A DNA stretch of 45,942 bases from a bacterium (GCA_046331705.1 JAXLQJ010000021.1:62001-107942); one strand, 5' to 3'. Numbered from the stretch's first letter, positions 1 through 10,310 are shown. Notes: generated from the letters alone by a model not told the origin. Translations and numbers: made by a program.

Positions 1-2
1 TC

Positions 3-2573
3 CGCCGCCTTCGGCGGGCGCGCGTCGACGAGCCGGAACGCGACGCGCAGGATCGAAGCGCCGCCACTGGCCGGCTCACGGCGGGTGGACAGCTCCTCGA
101 CGGACATGCCGTCGGGCACCTGCACGTCGAAGCCGGCGAACGCGAATCCGCTCGGCACGTGGAACGCCAGCCGGTGCACGAACGGCGCGAAGGCCGTCCC
201 CACCGATCCTTCCTGCACGCCGGCCAGCGTGCGGGCCGCGCCATCCCATTCCAGCGACTCGATCACGCCCACGCCGCCCAGCACGTGGCGGTTCGTGCCG
301 AGGAGCTGCGGCCGGTCGAGCTTGGGTCGAAGCGCGATCGCGCGCGCCGTGTGGGGCGGCACGTCGACCGAAAGCGTGCTCTCGATCTCGCCCAGGAACG
401 ATTCGGTCCAGAACTCCCACGCGAGCTTGGGGGTGGCGGGGTCGAGCCCCGCGGCAGCGAGATCCACGTCGATGCGCCGCGGCTCGTCGGGTAGCGCCAG
501 GTACGGGTTCACGGCGAGATCGCGATTGCGCCCCCAATGCGTGAGACCGATCACGTGGTAAGGCTCGGGGAAGTCGGGCACGGGCAGGCTCTCGACCTCG
601 GGATACTCGCGCGTCAGCACGTCGAGCGGGCGAGCGGCGCGTCCGTGGATGGGAAGCAACGCGCGAATCGACGCGATCGCCTCGGGTGAGAGGTCGACGA
701 GCTTGTCACCGAGCTTCACGATCCCACCGCTCATCGCCACGAACTGGGCCAGCGCCTGCGACTCGCTCAGCGTGAGCGGCGGCAGGCTGGTGTCGGCGTG
801 GGAGCGGAAGAAGATCAGATCGGGATGGACCAGCCACACGCGATCGTGGAGGAACCAGCGCCGCGCGGCTGCGCGCACGGTGGGTTTGATGCCTTGGTTC
901 GACAGGTCCTCGAAGACGTTGCTCGGGCGCGGATCCTCGCCGTCCCAAACCGGTTGGGTATCGAGCGTGACGCGATTGGCGTCCACGAGGTCGTACGTGG
1001 GGCCGACCACCGAGACCGTGAGAAAGAACGTGTCGGGTCCGATGGCGTCGCGCACCACGCGGTGCGCGGCACGAAACGCCTCGACGCGCGTGACGTCCTG
1101 CTGCTGCCAGCCGTGGCTCATCAGGAAGTAGTAGCCGAAATCGAGCTTGATCCAGCGCGCCCCCCAGCCCACGACCTTGCGCATGAGCGCGTCGAGCCAC
1201 GCGCGCACGTCCTGGCGCGTGAGATCGAGGGGAACCTGATCGTCGTCGATGGTGAAGGTGCCGACGAGATCCTTCTGCGCGACCCACTCGGGGTGTTCGC
1301 GCACCAGCTTCGAGTCGAAGCGCGCGGAATACGGGCTGATCCACACACCCGGGCGAAAGCCGCGCCGCGCGATCTCGCCCATCAGCCACTGGATCCCGTT
1401 CTGTTCTCCGTGCCGCGGAAAGCGATCGGCGCGCACCTCCCAGTCGCCCTGGGCGACCTGCCAGCCGTCGTCGATCTGGAACCAGCGCATCCCCCACTTG
1501 CGCAGCTCGCGATCCGCCACGTCGAGATTGGCGAGGATGATCTGCTCGTCGATGTCGGTGCCATAGCCGCCCGAGCCGCTCGACCCCGTCCACGAGTTCC
1601 AGCCGTCGGGGACGCCGATCTCGGGATGACGCTCGGTCCACGGCACGATGCCCAGCCAGGTGCGTACCGCGTCGGCGTAGCGTTCGAGCTGGGGCAGCAG
1701 ATCGGCGCCGCGGATGTCCACGTAGAGCGGCTCGGCTTCGAGCCGCTCGCCCGGCGCGACTCGGACCGCCGGCGTGAGCACGTTCAGCGTCTCGACGGCG
1801 AGGGCACCGTCGGAAGTGGCGGACGCCGCCGTGGAGACCAGCGGCTCGCCGCGCGCGAACGAGAGCCCACCGATGACCACGCTCGTGCCGCGCGCCAGGT
1901 CCGCGATCCCGGCGTTCCAGTTGGCGGCCGATGGTGCGGTGCCAGGCACCACGCGCGCCGCGAAATCGAAGTAGCTCACAGCGCCGTTCTCGAGGACGCG
2001 CAGCGTGCCGGGATCGCTCTCGGGAAACAGTCCGCCGGGATGGTCGCGGCCGGCGACCACCGCCGAGAGATCGCCGATGACGATCGGCTCCGCGCCGACG
2101 TTGGTCGCGGCCAGGCGCACCACGGCACCCGGGAAGGCGCCGCCGAGCGGCAGCGCGATCGTCTGTTCGAGCTCCACGCCATCGCCGGAGCGCGTCACCG
2201 TCAGGGCAGCCATGGCGCCGAGCGGCGAGTCCGCCCGCTCGACGTGCCAATCGCCGAGCGCCAGCTCGTCGCTCGACCAGCGTGAGCTGGCGCGAAACGC
2301 TCGTCCGCGTGCCTCGGAAGTGGCAGCCACGAGCACCCGCGCTGCGTCGGGGCCTCCGTCGTTGCCGTCGCCAGGCGCCCCCAGCGTGAACGAGCCGTGC
2401 GTGAGATCGTAGGCGAGATCCAGCGAATCGGTGACGACCCGCACCTCGCCAGGCGCGCGAATCACGCGAAAGCCGTCGGCCACCGAGGAGCCGCTCCCGC
2501 CGCCGCAAGCGGCGAGCGCGCCGAACGAGACGAGCACCACCAGCCGCGTCGCGCCGCGGGCGTCCGCCTTCAC
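3..2573 (-). CDS. Glycoside hydrolase family 36 (alpha-galactosidase-like) lipoprotein, 3' end runs off the window start
   Basis: Not in the ORF track because there is no stop in the window; translated by hand from GTG at 2573, which overlaps the upstream TGA (GTGA). Begins MKADARGATRLVVLVSFGALAAC (lipobox). Contains GWNSW, FQIDDGWQ, DRFP, PGVWISPY and WIKLDF (nucleophile Asp motif) typical of GH27/GH36 barrels. Confidence 0.85.
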   Translation of the reverse strand, partial: MKADARGATRLVVLVSFGALAACGGGSGSSVADGFRVIRAPGEVRVVTDSLDLAYDLTHGSFTLGAPGDGNDGGPDAARVLVAATSEARGRAFRASSRWSSDELALGDWHVERADSPLGAMAALTVTRSGDGVELEQTIALPLGGAFPGAVVRLAATNVGAEPIVIGDLSAVVAGRDHPGGLFPESDPGTLRVLENGAVSYFDFAARVVPGTAPSAANWNAGIADLARGTSVVIGGLSFARGEPLVSTAASATSDGALAVETLNVLTPAVRVAPGERLEAEPLYVDIRGADLLPQLERYADAVRTWLGIVPWTERHPEIGVPDGWNSWTGSSGSGGYGTDIDEQIILANLDVADRELRKWGMRWFQIDDGWQVAQGDWEVRADRFPRHGEQNGIQWLMGEIARRGFRPGVWISPYSARFDSKLVREHPEWVAQKDLVGTFTIDDDQVPLDLTRQDVRAWLDALMRKVVGWGARWIKLDFGYYFLMSHGWQQQDVTRVEAFRAAHRVVRDAIGPDTFFLTVSVVGPTYDLVDANRVTLDTQPVWDGEDPRPSNVFEDLSNQGIKPTVRAAARRWFLHDRVWLVHPDLIFFRSHADTSLPPLTLSESQALAQFVAMSGGIVKLGDKLVDLSPEAIASIRALLPIHGRAARPLDVLTREYPEVESLPVPDFPEPYHVIGLTHWGRNRDLAVNPYLALPDEPRRIDVDLAAAGLDPATPKLAWEFWTESFLGEIESTLSVDVPPHTARAIALRPKLDRPQLLGTNRHVLGGVGVIESLEWDGAARTLAGVQEGSVGTAFAPFVHRLAFHVPSGFAFAGFDVQVPDGMSVEELSTRREPASGGASILRVAFRLVDARPPKAA

Positions 2574-4726
2574 GGCTCGTACCAGCAGCCGTCGGCCGCC
2601 GCGAGAAAGCGGCGATCGAGGGCGTCGACCGCGCCGGTGTGATCGAGATCCGCGCCGTCGCACCAGGCGTTCCGCTGAGCGCACCGCCGCGAGCCCGGCG
2701 CCTGCGCGGCGGCTTCGAAGCGCCGGACGTCGCTCGCATCCACGCGCCCGTTCCCGTCGAGGTCCGCGCGTCCACAGCCCGCCGCCGCCCAGGTGCAGTC
2801 GAGGATCTGCGGCGCGAAGGTGCAGAGCGACAGCTCGTCGAACAGGCTCAGCCCGCCCACCGAGCGATGGCGCGGATTCTCGACGGGCCGCCACTCGCCG
2901 TCGGGACCTTGGGCCTCGTAGCCGTCGCTGGTGCGCCGCACCGGCGGCCGGTCGCCGAAACGCTCGCGATAGCGCGCCACGCGCGGAACGTCGTAGGGGC
3001 CGGCGTTCGCGAGGCGATTCTCGATGGCGGCGGCGATCTCCTCGTCGGAACGCAGCGGCCACGGCTCGGTGTCCGCCATCGTGAGCAAGCCCTCGATGCT
3101 CGCGATGCTCGCCTCGGCGGCGGCGAAGTCGCCGAGATCGGCGCGCGTCACTGGTAGGCCGGCGATGGCGTCGTGGAGCGCCGCCTCGTAGCGCTCGGCT
3201 TCCCGCTCGGCGGGCGAGCGGCTGCCGTAGAGCAGATCGGCGAACGCACGCAGGAGATCGGTCTCCTGCTGCAGCGCAGCGCGTGCCTGGTCCGCGAGCA
3301 CGGGATCGCGGACGAGATCGGCGTAGTGGACGAGCGCCGCTCCCGCGGCGACGATTTCCCGATAGTCGTCCTGGAACGAACCGAGCAACCCCACCGCGGT
3401 CCCCGGCGCCAACCGCTCCGCCAGCGCGATCGCGTCCCACCACGGGATTCCCACGATCTCGAGGCGAGGAAACTCGGCCACGGTCGCGCCGCAGTACGCG
3501 TCGTCGAGGCCGGCGCAGAGGCGCTCCCCCGTCGGGATCGCGCAGCTGGTGAGACGCACCAACGGACCGAGCGCCTCCGCGATGAGCTTCTCGATGGAAC
3601 CCGGGAGCGGCAGCGCGGGGACCGGTGTCGAGAGCCCCGGCGTCGAGATGGCACGTGCCAGGTAGGCGCGCGGACACTCCGACATGCTTCCCAGATCCTC
3701 CGGCTCACGGACGCCGTCCGGCCGCAGCTCGCCCGAGACGGTCAGCGTGTCGTAGTCGTGGTGCTCGTCCACGGTCATGATGCGCCCGCCGTTCTCCTCG
3801 ATGAGATCGCCGACGTCGTGGCCCACGGCGAGCGCTCGCTGCGCGGCGTCGCGAACGAGCGGATCGGCGCCCTCGTCGCCGACCAGCGCCAGCGCCGTCA
3901 GATACCCGAGCGCCAGGTCCTGCGAGTTGTCGCGCGAGTTGTGATTCCCCCAGAAAGCTCCCGCCCAGACGTTGCCCTCGGGCGTGCGCATCAGCGACGA
4001 GCAGCAATCGCTGGAGCGGATGAAGCGCGGCAGCTCGGAGAAGACGTAGGTGATCGCGTAGGCGGTGGGGTCCTGTCCGGGCTTGAACGAGAAATAGAAC
4101 TCGGCGGGGTTCTCTCGGTAGGTGAACGAGACGCCCGAATGGAACGCGCGGACGATCTCGGCCTCGAGCGCCGGCTCGAGACGCGCCGGCGAGACCACGG
4201 GTGCCCCGTCGCGCGTACGGGTGACCGTGCCCGTCGTGCCATCCACGGTCCGCGTCCAGCCGGGAAAGGCCTCGCGCGCCGTGACGCCGCGGTGCCCGGT
4301 CACCTCCGAGATGAGCGCGAGACCCTCGAGCATGCGCACCAGCGTCAGCGCCAGCGAGCGCGAGCGATAGAGAGCGTACGCCTGAGCGACGGCGAACGTG
4401 GATGCACCGATGCGATTGTTGTCGGCGGGGCCGGGCACGATCTCGAAGTGGTGGCCGTCGCGCGCCACGGCCACGGTGCCGATCGTGGTCGCGGCACCGG
4501 TGTCGCCGACCAGCATGAAACGGTTCCACGCCAACACCGCACGCTCGACGCGCTCCCGGTAGAAGAGCGAGAAGGCCCGCGCCGCCGCGTCTGCATCCGC
4601 GACCGGCGCCGCGGTTGCCGACTCCTCGTGGCCACTGGAACAGCCAGCGGCCACGAGCAGCGCCGCGAACGCGAGCGGGAGGATCGTCGAGCGCACCGAA
4701 AGACTCGCGGATCGAGGGGCTCGCAT
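2570..4726 (-). CDS. Large hypothetical lipoprotein (~718 aa) with C-terminal dockerin/EF-hand-like Ca-binding repeat pair
   Basis: ORF 2570..4786; the ATG at 4726 precedes a signal peptide ending LLVAAGC. C-terminus has DLDGNGRVDASD and DLDHTGAVDALD. Start is uncertain. Confidence 0.7.
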   Translation of the reverse strand: MRAPRSASLSVRSTILPLAFAALLVAAGCSSGHEESATAAPVADADAAARAFSLFYRERVERAVLAWNRFMLVGDTGAATTIGTVAVARDGHHFEIVPGPADNNRIGASTFAVAQAYALYRSRSLALTLVRMLEGLALISEVTGHRGVTAREAFPGWTRTVDGTTGTVTRTRDGAPVVSPARLEPALEAEIVRAFHSGVSFTYRENPAEFYFSFKPGQDPTAYAITYVFSELPRFIRSSDCCSSLMRTPEGNVWAGAFWGNHNSRDNSQDLALGYLTALALVGDEGADPLVRDAAQRALAVGHDVGDLIEENGGRIMTVDEHHDYDTLTVSGELRPDGVREPEDLGSMSECPRAYLARAISTPGLSTPVPALPLPGSIEKLIAEALGPLVRLTSCAIPTGERLCAGLDDAYCGATVAEFPRLEIVGIPWWDAIALAERLAPGTAVGLLGSFQDDYREIVAAGAALVHYADLVRDPVLADQARAALQQETDLLRAFADLLYGSRSPAEREAERYEAALHDAIAGLPVTRADLGDFAAAEASIASIEGLLTMADTEPWPLRSDEEIAAAIENRLANAGPYDVPRVARYRERFGDRPPVRRTSDGYEAQGPDGEWRPVENPRHRSVGGLSLFDELSLCTFAPQILDCTWAAAGCGRADLDGNGRVDASDVRRFEAAAQAPGSRRCAQRNAWCDGADLDHTGAVDALDRRFLAAADGCWYEP

Positions 4727-4826
4727 CCTACGTCGCGGCTCGCGCCCTTCACCAGCCGGTTCGGAACGCGGCCCGCGCCGCGGCACGCGCTTCCGCGCGT
4801 CCGCCGAAGGTCTCGCGAGGTGCGGC

Positions 4827-5489
4827 TCAGGACGCGAGCCGCGCCACCTCGGCAGCGCCCGCGCGCGCCGCCAGCTCCTCGAACCAGCCGAGCGCCGCCG
4901 CCACGCGCTCGTGCAACGACGACGCCCCCCACACCAAGATCAGCGTGCGGGTGGTCTCGGCGCTGGTCTTGGTGCGCATCGCGTCCTTCACCGCGTTCGC
5001 GCACGGCCCCGCGGCGTCGGCGAGGCCGAGCAGCCCCTCGACGTCGATCACGTGTCCCGCCGCGTTGAAGACGAAGCTCTCGCCCGGCGCACCCGGCACG
5101 ACGCGCAGCGGCGCCTCGAGACGGCCCGCGTCCACGACGCTGATCGGCAGCCCGCTGTGAAGCGAGACCGCGTTGCCCAGATCCACCGCGACGTTGATCG
5201 GCGCGAGCCCACCCTCCGCGGCGGCCCGCAGCAGATACTCGGACGCGGGCTTACCTCGGCCCGTGGGCTTGTAGCCGGTGTGCCGAAGCACGTCGCGGAT
5301 CGCACCTCGGATCGCATCGTCGGAGCGAAACGGAGCGCCGGCGGCATCGTTCGCGAGCAGGGTCGCGAGCCAATCGGGACTCGCCAGCGACCCGAGCGAC
5401 GCCGCGAACCCGATCTCCAGCACGCCCAGCTCGAGCTTGGGATGAGGCGCGATCTCGAGCGGCCCCAGCGACGTCGATACCGTGCTCAT
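4827..5489 (-). CDS. Stand-alone B3/B4 (PheRS beta editing-like) domain protein
   Basis: ATG at 5489 with GGAGG upstream. Motifs YKPTGRGKPASEYLLR, INVAVDLGNAVSLHSGLPISVVD and DAAGPCANAVKD match the B3/4 family. Confidence 0.85.
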   Translation of the reverse strand: MSTVSTSLGPLEIAPHPKLELGVLEIGFAASLGSLASPDWLATLLANDAAGAPFRSDDAIRGAIRDVLRHTGYKPTGRGKPASEYLLRAAAEGGLAPINVAVDLGNAVSLHSGLPISVVDAGRLEAPLRVVPGAPGESFVFNAAGHVIDVEGLLGLADAAGPCANAVKDAMRTKTSAETTRTLILVWGASSLHERVAAALGWFEELAARAGAAEVARLAS

Positions 5490-5570
5490 TCGTTCCTCCG
5501 GTAGTCTCCCGCTGCGCAAGCGGCGAGATCCTGACCCGCGCGTTCCTTCCCCGGCAACCGGAGCCCGACC

Positions 5571-6014
5571 GTGACCGAGCTGAGCCCCATCCCCCGATCC
5601 CCCGAGTTCGTGCGCTGCTACGGCTGCGGCCCCGCCAACGAGCTGGGCCTCAGACTCGACTTCCGTCTCGACGCCGCCAACCAGCGCGTCGAGGCGCGCT
5701 TCCACCCCGCAGGCGCCTTCGCCGGCTACAAGAAGATGGTGCACGGCGGCGTCATCGCCACCCTGCTCGACGAAGGCATGGGCTGGGCGCTGTGGGGTCT
5801 CGCGCAGAAGACGGGCGTCACCCGCGAGCTGCGCGTGCGCTACGCGCGGCCGGTGATGATCGAGCACGAGTACGTCGTGCGCGGCTGGGTCGAGCGCATC
5901 GAAGGCGAGGCTGCCGTCGTCCGTGCCACGGTCGAGGACAGCCGCGGCCGCCTCGCCGCCGAAGGCACCGGCGAATGGTCCCTGATCGCCGCCGAGAAGG
6001 TTCGCGATCGGTGA
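5571..6014 (+). CDS. PaaI-family hotdog-fold thioesterase
   Basis: CYGCGPANELGL N-terminal motif and VHGGVIATLLDE catalytic motif; 147 aa. Confidence 0.9.
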   Translation: MTELSPIPRSPEFVRCYGCGPANELGLRLDFRLDAANQRVEARFHPAGAFAGYKKMVHGGVIATLLDEGMGWALWGLAQKTGVTRELRVRYARPVMIEHEYVVRGWVERIEGEAAVVRATVEDSRGRLAAEGTGEWSLIAAEKVRDR

Positions 6015-6092
6015 TGCAACCGCGTGCAGTCGCGTGCATCACCGCGCGCGCCGACGAGACGGCTCGGACTACCGGGCACACAGCCCGGTCGG

Positions 6093-8045
6093 TCAGCGCG
6101 AGGGCGAACGTCGCGACCGAGACAGGGCAGCGAACACGAGCATCGTCAGGATGAGGTCGGGCGGCGGCACCTGCGCGTGTGGTGCTGCATCGCCAGCGCC
6201 GCCGACGTCCGCGATCGCGGGCGTGCAGCCGCCCGGCGTGGCGGGATTGCAGTCGTCATCCACGCCGTTCTGCGGAATCTCGACTTGACCGGGGTTGACC
6301 GAGGGATTGGCGTCGTCGCAATCGTACTGCGCGTGCGGACAGGCGAGCGAGCCCACCTCTCCGTAACCGTCATGATCGACATCGTTGCATGAATCGCAGA
6401 GATCCCCGATGCCGTCGGCATCGCGATCGGTCTGCGCTCCGTTTGGCGTCGTCAGGCAGTTGTCGCACGCGTCGCCCCAGGCATCGTAGTCGTTGTCGCC
6501 CTGATCGAAGTTCGCGATCGCGTCACAGTTGTCGCAGGCATCTCCGATGCGATCGCGGTCCGTGTCCGCCTGCGTGGGATCGTGGTCGTCGGGGCAGAGG
6601 TCGACCGCCGCGCACACTCCGTCGCGATCCGCGTCGAAGCACGGGTCGCACGCGTCTCCGGTGCCATCGGCATCACCATCGAGTTGATCCGCGTTCGCGC
6701 TCGCAGGACAGTCATCGCAGGCGTCGGGGACACCATCGCCATCGCCGTCCGGACCAGCACACAGTGCGATCTCGACGGCGCCGACGTCACACGCGGCCGT
6801 GCCGTCGCCGTCGCCATCCTGGGGCCGCGCCTCACCGCGTTGGTCGATCGGCAAGCAGCCGACCTCGTCCGCGCGATCGACCAACGCGCTGCCGATCGAC
6901 GGAGCCATCGTCGTCGTGGGGCCCCCACGCCAGGTCAGCGCGCCCAACGAGGGGTCGGCAGTGTTGGGCTGATCCGTGGCACCGGTCAGGCCACAGGTCG
7001 CGCCCGGTGACTCGATGTTGCCTCCGAGTGTGGTCGTCGCACTGCGATTGAGACAGGTGCCGACGATCACCGAGTTCGCGATCGTGAACGAGCCGCTGGT
7101 TTCGATCGTGCTGACATCATTCGTGTCCTGCTCCCGAGCGACGGTCGCATGCACGAGCGTGAGATCGCCCGGCACGTAGGTCGAATGCGTCGAGATGATC
7201 TCGCGTGCCGACTCGCCCGCCGCCCCGCCGTTCTTGGCGATCGTTGAGTTCCGGACGATCGCGATCCCGTCGTTGTGGAGGCCGATCCCGTATCGAGATC
7301 CGACGCCGAGCGCGCGATTGGCCGTGATCGACGAGCGCTCCACGAGCATGGTCGCGGTGGCCTCGTTCCACGCTCCCGAGCCCGTGGCCGCCCCAGGCCC
7401 CACGCAACACGCGATGGGCGGACACGGAAAGCAACCGAGGCCGCCCCCGCTCACCGCCGTGTTACCGTCGACGATCGTGTCGACGAGCGATAGCGTCCCG
7501 CGGTTTGCGATGCCGCCGCCGAGTCCCGAGGCCAGCAGGCTCTCACTACCGGCCTCGTTCCCGTCGACCCGGCAGCGCGACACGGTGAGCTGTCCCGCGT
7601 TCAGAATTCCGCCACCCTCGCTGCCCGACTTGCCGCCGCGGATTCGGACGTTGCTCACCGTCACGTTGCCACTCACCACGTGCAAGACGCGATCAACGTG
7701 GTTGCCGTTCACTACCGTGAGATGCGTCCCCGCACCTTCGAGGTCGAGATCACTCGCGATGTCGAGGTCGCCGGTCAGGTTGCCGTTCTCGCCAGTCCCG
7801 AGGATGACCAGGCCGTACGTGCCAGCCGGAAGGAGAACGAGGTCGTGCCCGGCACCCGCCGCGCAACCGTCGACCGCGGCGTCGGTGTTCGCGGCCTGAA
7901 GGGCCTCACGGAGCGTGCAGTTGCCGTTCGAGCCGAGGTCCATGTCATCGGCCGTCGAATCGACCGTGATGCTCGCAGCGTGCGCCACGACGGACGCCGT
8001 CAAGCAGATCGCCGACGCGATCCACCAGATCCGCCGGCGAGTCAT
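6093..8045 (-). CDS. Secreted/surface CSLREA-domain protein with beta-helix (choice-of-anchor Q-like) region, thrombospondin type 3 repeats and a MopE-like motif
   Basis: Signal peptide ending AHA; CTLREA; GGGILN/GGGIAN repeats; DQRGEARP..CDVGAVE; repeated DGDGxGDACDxC; DCDDANPSVNPG..E..NGVDDDC; C-terminal hydrophobic stretch followed by basic residues. Confidence 0.85.
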   Translation of the reverse strand: MTRRRIWWIASAICLTASVVAHAASITVDSTADDMDLGSNGNCTLREALQAANTDAAVDGCAAGAGHDLVLLPAGTYGLVILGTGENGNLTGDLDIASDLDLEGAGTHLTVVNGNHVDRVLHVVSGNVTVSNVRIRGGKSGSEGGGILNAGQLTVSRCRVDGNEAGSESLLASGLGGGIANRGTLSLVDTIVDGNTAVSGGGLGCFPCPPIACCVGPGAATGSGAWNEATATMLVERSSITANRALGVGSRYGIGLHNDGIAIVRNSTIAKNGGAAGESAREIISTHSTYVPGDLTLVHATVAREQDTNDVSTIETSGSFTIANSVIVGTCLNRSATTTLGGNIESPGATCGLTGATDQPNTADPSLGALTWRGGPTTTMAPSIGSALVDRADEVGCLPIDQRGEARPQDGDGDGTAACDVGAVEIALCAGPDGDGDGVPDACDDCPASANADQLDGDADGTGDACDPCFDADRDGVCAAVDLCPDDHDPTQADTDRDRIGDACDNCDAIANFDQGDNDYDAWGDACDNCLTTPNGAQTDRDADGIGDLCDSCNDVDHDGYGEVGSLACPHAQYDCDDANPSVNPGQVEIPQNGVDDDCNPATPGGCTPAIADVGGAGDAAPHAQVPPPDLILTMLVFAALSRSRRSPSR

Positions 8046-8248
8046 GTCGATCCTCCCACGCTGCTCGCGATGCTACACCCGCACGCTACGCGAGCGACAC
8101 GCGCGCCGATTCGGCCATCGCTCACCCGGGGCCCCCACGCGTGTCCGTCGAGGCGCCATCCGGTGCGATTCGCTGCACGGTGATGGTGCCCCCGGCCGCG
8201 TCGCCCCCGCAACGGTGCGCGATCGCGGACGAGATCGACCGGGGGCGT

Positions 8249-8275
8249 TGTCGATTTCGTGCGTTGCCGATCGAC
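8249..8275 (+). promoter_or_regulatory. Putative ECF42-type promoter (-35 TGTCGA, 17-nt spacer, -10 CGAC)
   Basis: TGTCGA at 8249-8254 and CGAC at 8272-8275, just upstream of the AAGGA RBS and the DGPF gene. Matches my recollection of the ECF42 consensus (TGTCGA / CGA-CGTC). Confidence 0.6.
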
Positions 8276-8301
8276 TACCTGTCAGAAAGGAAATCTCACC
8301 C

Positions 8302-8697
8302 ATGAAATACCTGTGCTTGGCCTATTACGACGAGAAGAAGTTCGAGGCGCTGACCGAGGCCGACATGGCCGCGATCGCGCGCGACTGCGCGCCACTCGAC
8401 GAGGATCTGCGCCAGAGCGGCCACCTGCTGGAGGTCGGCTCGCTGGCCGCGAGCAACGCTTCCGTGAGCCTGCGGCCACGCGCCGGCAAGGTCACGGTCA
8501 CCGACGGTCCCTACGCCGAGACCAAGGAACAGCTCGGAAGCTACTTCCTGATCGAGGCGCGCGACCTCAACGAGGCGATCCAGGTCGCCTCGAAGCACCC
8601 GGCCGCGCGCATCAACGAGCACCTGGGCTGGGGCATCGAGGTGAGGCCGATCGAGATGTGCCGGGTCGAGGTCGCCGCGGCCAAAGTCGGGCGGTGA
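8302..8697 (+). CDS. YciI/DGPF-family protein
   Basis: ATG at 8302 after AAGGA; MKYLCL start; DGPYAETKE motif; IEVRP near the C-terminus. Confidence 0.92.
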   Translation: MKYLCLAYYDEKKFEALTEADMAAIARDCAPLDEDLRQSGHLLEVGSLAASNASVSLRPRAGKVTVTDGPYAETKEQLGSYFLIEARDLNEAIQVASKHPAARINEHLGWGIEVRPIEMCRVEVAAAKVGR

Positions 8698-9935
8698 GCG
8701 ACGACGCCTTCGACCGCGCGCGGGCGACGGTCGACGCCGTCTACGGCGCCGACTCGCGCCGCGTCCTCGCCACGCTGATCCGCCTCCTCGGCGACTTCGA
8801 CCTCGCCGAGGAGGCGTTGCACGACGCTTTCCGTGCGGCGCTGGAGCAGTGGCCCCACGACGGCGTTCCCGAGAACCCGTACGCGTGGCTGGTCTCCGCA
8901 GGCCGCTTCCAGGCCATCGACGCGCTGCGACGGCGCGCGCGCTTCGACGCCAACCAGACGGAGATCGCCGAGCGCATGGCCGCCGCCAGCGAGCCACTGG
9001 TGGACGATCCCACCCTCGGCGACGACCGCCTACGCCTCGTCTTCACCTGCTGCCATCCCGCGCTGCCACCAGAAGCGCAGGTGGCATTGACGCTCCGGGA
9101 GGTCTGCGGCCTCACCACCGAGGAGATCGCGCACGCCTTCCTCGTGCCGGCGTCCACGCTCGCGCAGCGGATCGTGCGCGCCAAGGCGAAGATCCGCAGC
9201 GCTCGCATCCCGTACGAGGTTCCAGGACCCGCGGCACTTCCCGAGCGACTCGATGCGGTGCTGCGCGTGATCTACCTGGTCTTCAACGAAGGCTATGCGG
9301 CGTCGTCCGGCACAGCGCTCACGCGCCCCGACCTCTCGGGCGAAGCGATCCGACTCGGCCGGCTGCTGAGCGCGCTCCTGCCCGAGCCGGAGGCGATCGG
9401 CCTCCTGGCGCTGATGCTCCTGCACGAGTCCCGGCGCGCGGCCCGCACCTCGCCCGAGGGCGAGCTGATCCTGCTCGACGCTCAGGACCGCGCGCTCTGG
9501 AACCGGGAGTGGATCGCGGAAGGGTGCGCGCTGGTCGAGCGAGCGCTGTCGTCGCGTCGCTTCGGCCCGTACACGCTGCAAGCGGCCATCGCCGCCGTGC
9601 ACGCCGAATCAGCGAACGCCGCCGCGACCGACTGGCCGCAGATCGTGGGGCTCTACGACGTCCTGTGGCGCGCCGAACCGTCGCCGGTCGTCGAGCTCAA
9701 CCGCGCCGTCGCGGTGGCGATGCGCGACGGCCCGGAAGCCGGGCTCACGCTCATCGACGCCATCCTCGCCCGCGGCGACCTGACCGACTACCGCCTCGCC
9801 CACTCCGCCCGCGCCGACCTCTGCCGCCGCCTCGGCCGCACCGCAGACGCCCGCGCCGCCTACGAGCGCGCGCTTTCCCTCACACACCAGGAGCCCGAGC
9901 GCCGATTTCTCGAGCGGCGCCTTCGCGAGCGGTGA
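8694..9935 (+). CDS. ECF RNA polymerase sigma factor with C-terminal TPR-like extension (ECF42-type)
   Basis: GTG at 8694 overlaps the YciI stop (GTGA). Motifs [53 protein letters not shown] and [10 protein letters not shown]; paired with a DGPF gene. Confidence 0.92.
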   Translation: MSDDAFDRARATVDAVYGADSRRVLATLIRLLGDFDLAEEALHDAFRAALEQWPHDGVPENPYAWLVSAGRFQAIDALRRRARFDANQTEIAERMAAASEPLVDDPTLGDDRLRLVFTCCHPALPPEAQVALTLREVCGLTTEEIAHAFLVPASTLAQRIVRAKAKIRSARIPYEVPGPAALPERLDAVLRVIYLVFNEGYAASSGTALTRPDLSGEAIRLGRLLSALLPEPEAIGLLALMLLHESRRAARTSPEGELILLDAQDRALWNREWIAEGCALVERALSSRRFGPYTLQAAIAAVHAESANAAATDWPQIVGLYDVLWRAEPSPVVELNRAVAVAMRDGPEAGLTLIDAILARGDLTDYRLAHSARADLCRRLGRTADARAAYERALSLTHQEPERRFLERRLRER

Positions 9936-10007
9936 GTCTCCTCTCGCGCCGCGCGCCGGTCCGCCGCAGTCTGGCCTCGCCCCAGCCCACCTCGAGCTTC
10001 CCGGCGG

Positions 10008-10310
10008 TCACGGTTTGCAGGGCTTCGAGCGACTCTGGAGATAGCGAAGCAGCGGATCGATCGCGGGTGTCTGCTCGTCGGAGCTCAAGGGAACCTCGCG
10101 CTCGCCCGTCTCGTCTTGCACGCGCAGCGAGAACTGGAACGCGTCGGGATGCGGTGCGCTGCGCGAGGCCGGCTCGGCGCCGGGACGCCGCTCCAGGAGG
10201 GTCGTCAGCGCCGCCGCGGCTGCGGCCGGCAGCTCGTCGAAATCGAGGTCGCAGCCGCGAATCAGCCCGGCGAACCCACCGGATTGTCGAAACGAGATCC
10301 GCTTGGTCAT
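10008..10310 (-). CDS. Emfourin-family protealysin (M4) inhibitor
   Basis: 100 aa from ATG at 10310; RISFRQSGGFAG and PDAFQFSL motifs; directly downstream of a protealysin-like gene. Confidence 0.85.
   Translation of the reverse strand: MTKRISFRQSGGFAGLIRGCDLDFDELPAAAAAALTTLLERRPGAEPASRSAPHPDAFQFSLRVQDETGEREVPLSSDEQTPAIDPLLRYLQSRSKPCKP

Noticed and set aside
706..2775. 689-aa minus-strand ORF (and 798..2285 plus-strand ORF)
   Set aside because: Alternative frames of the GH36-like gene, whose true frame starts at 2573 and has no stop in the window.
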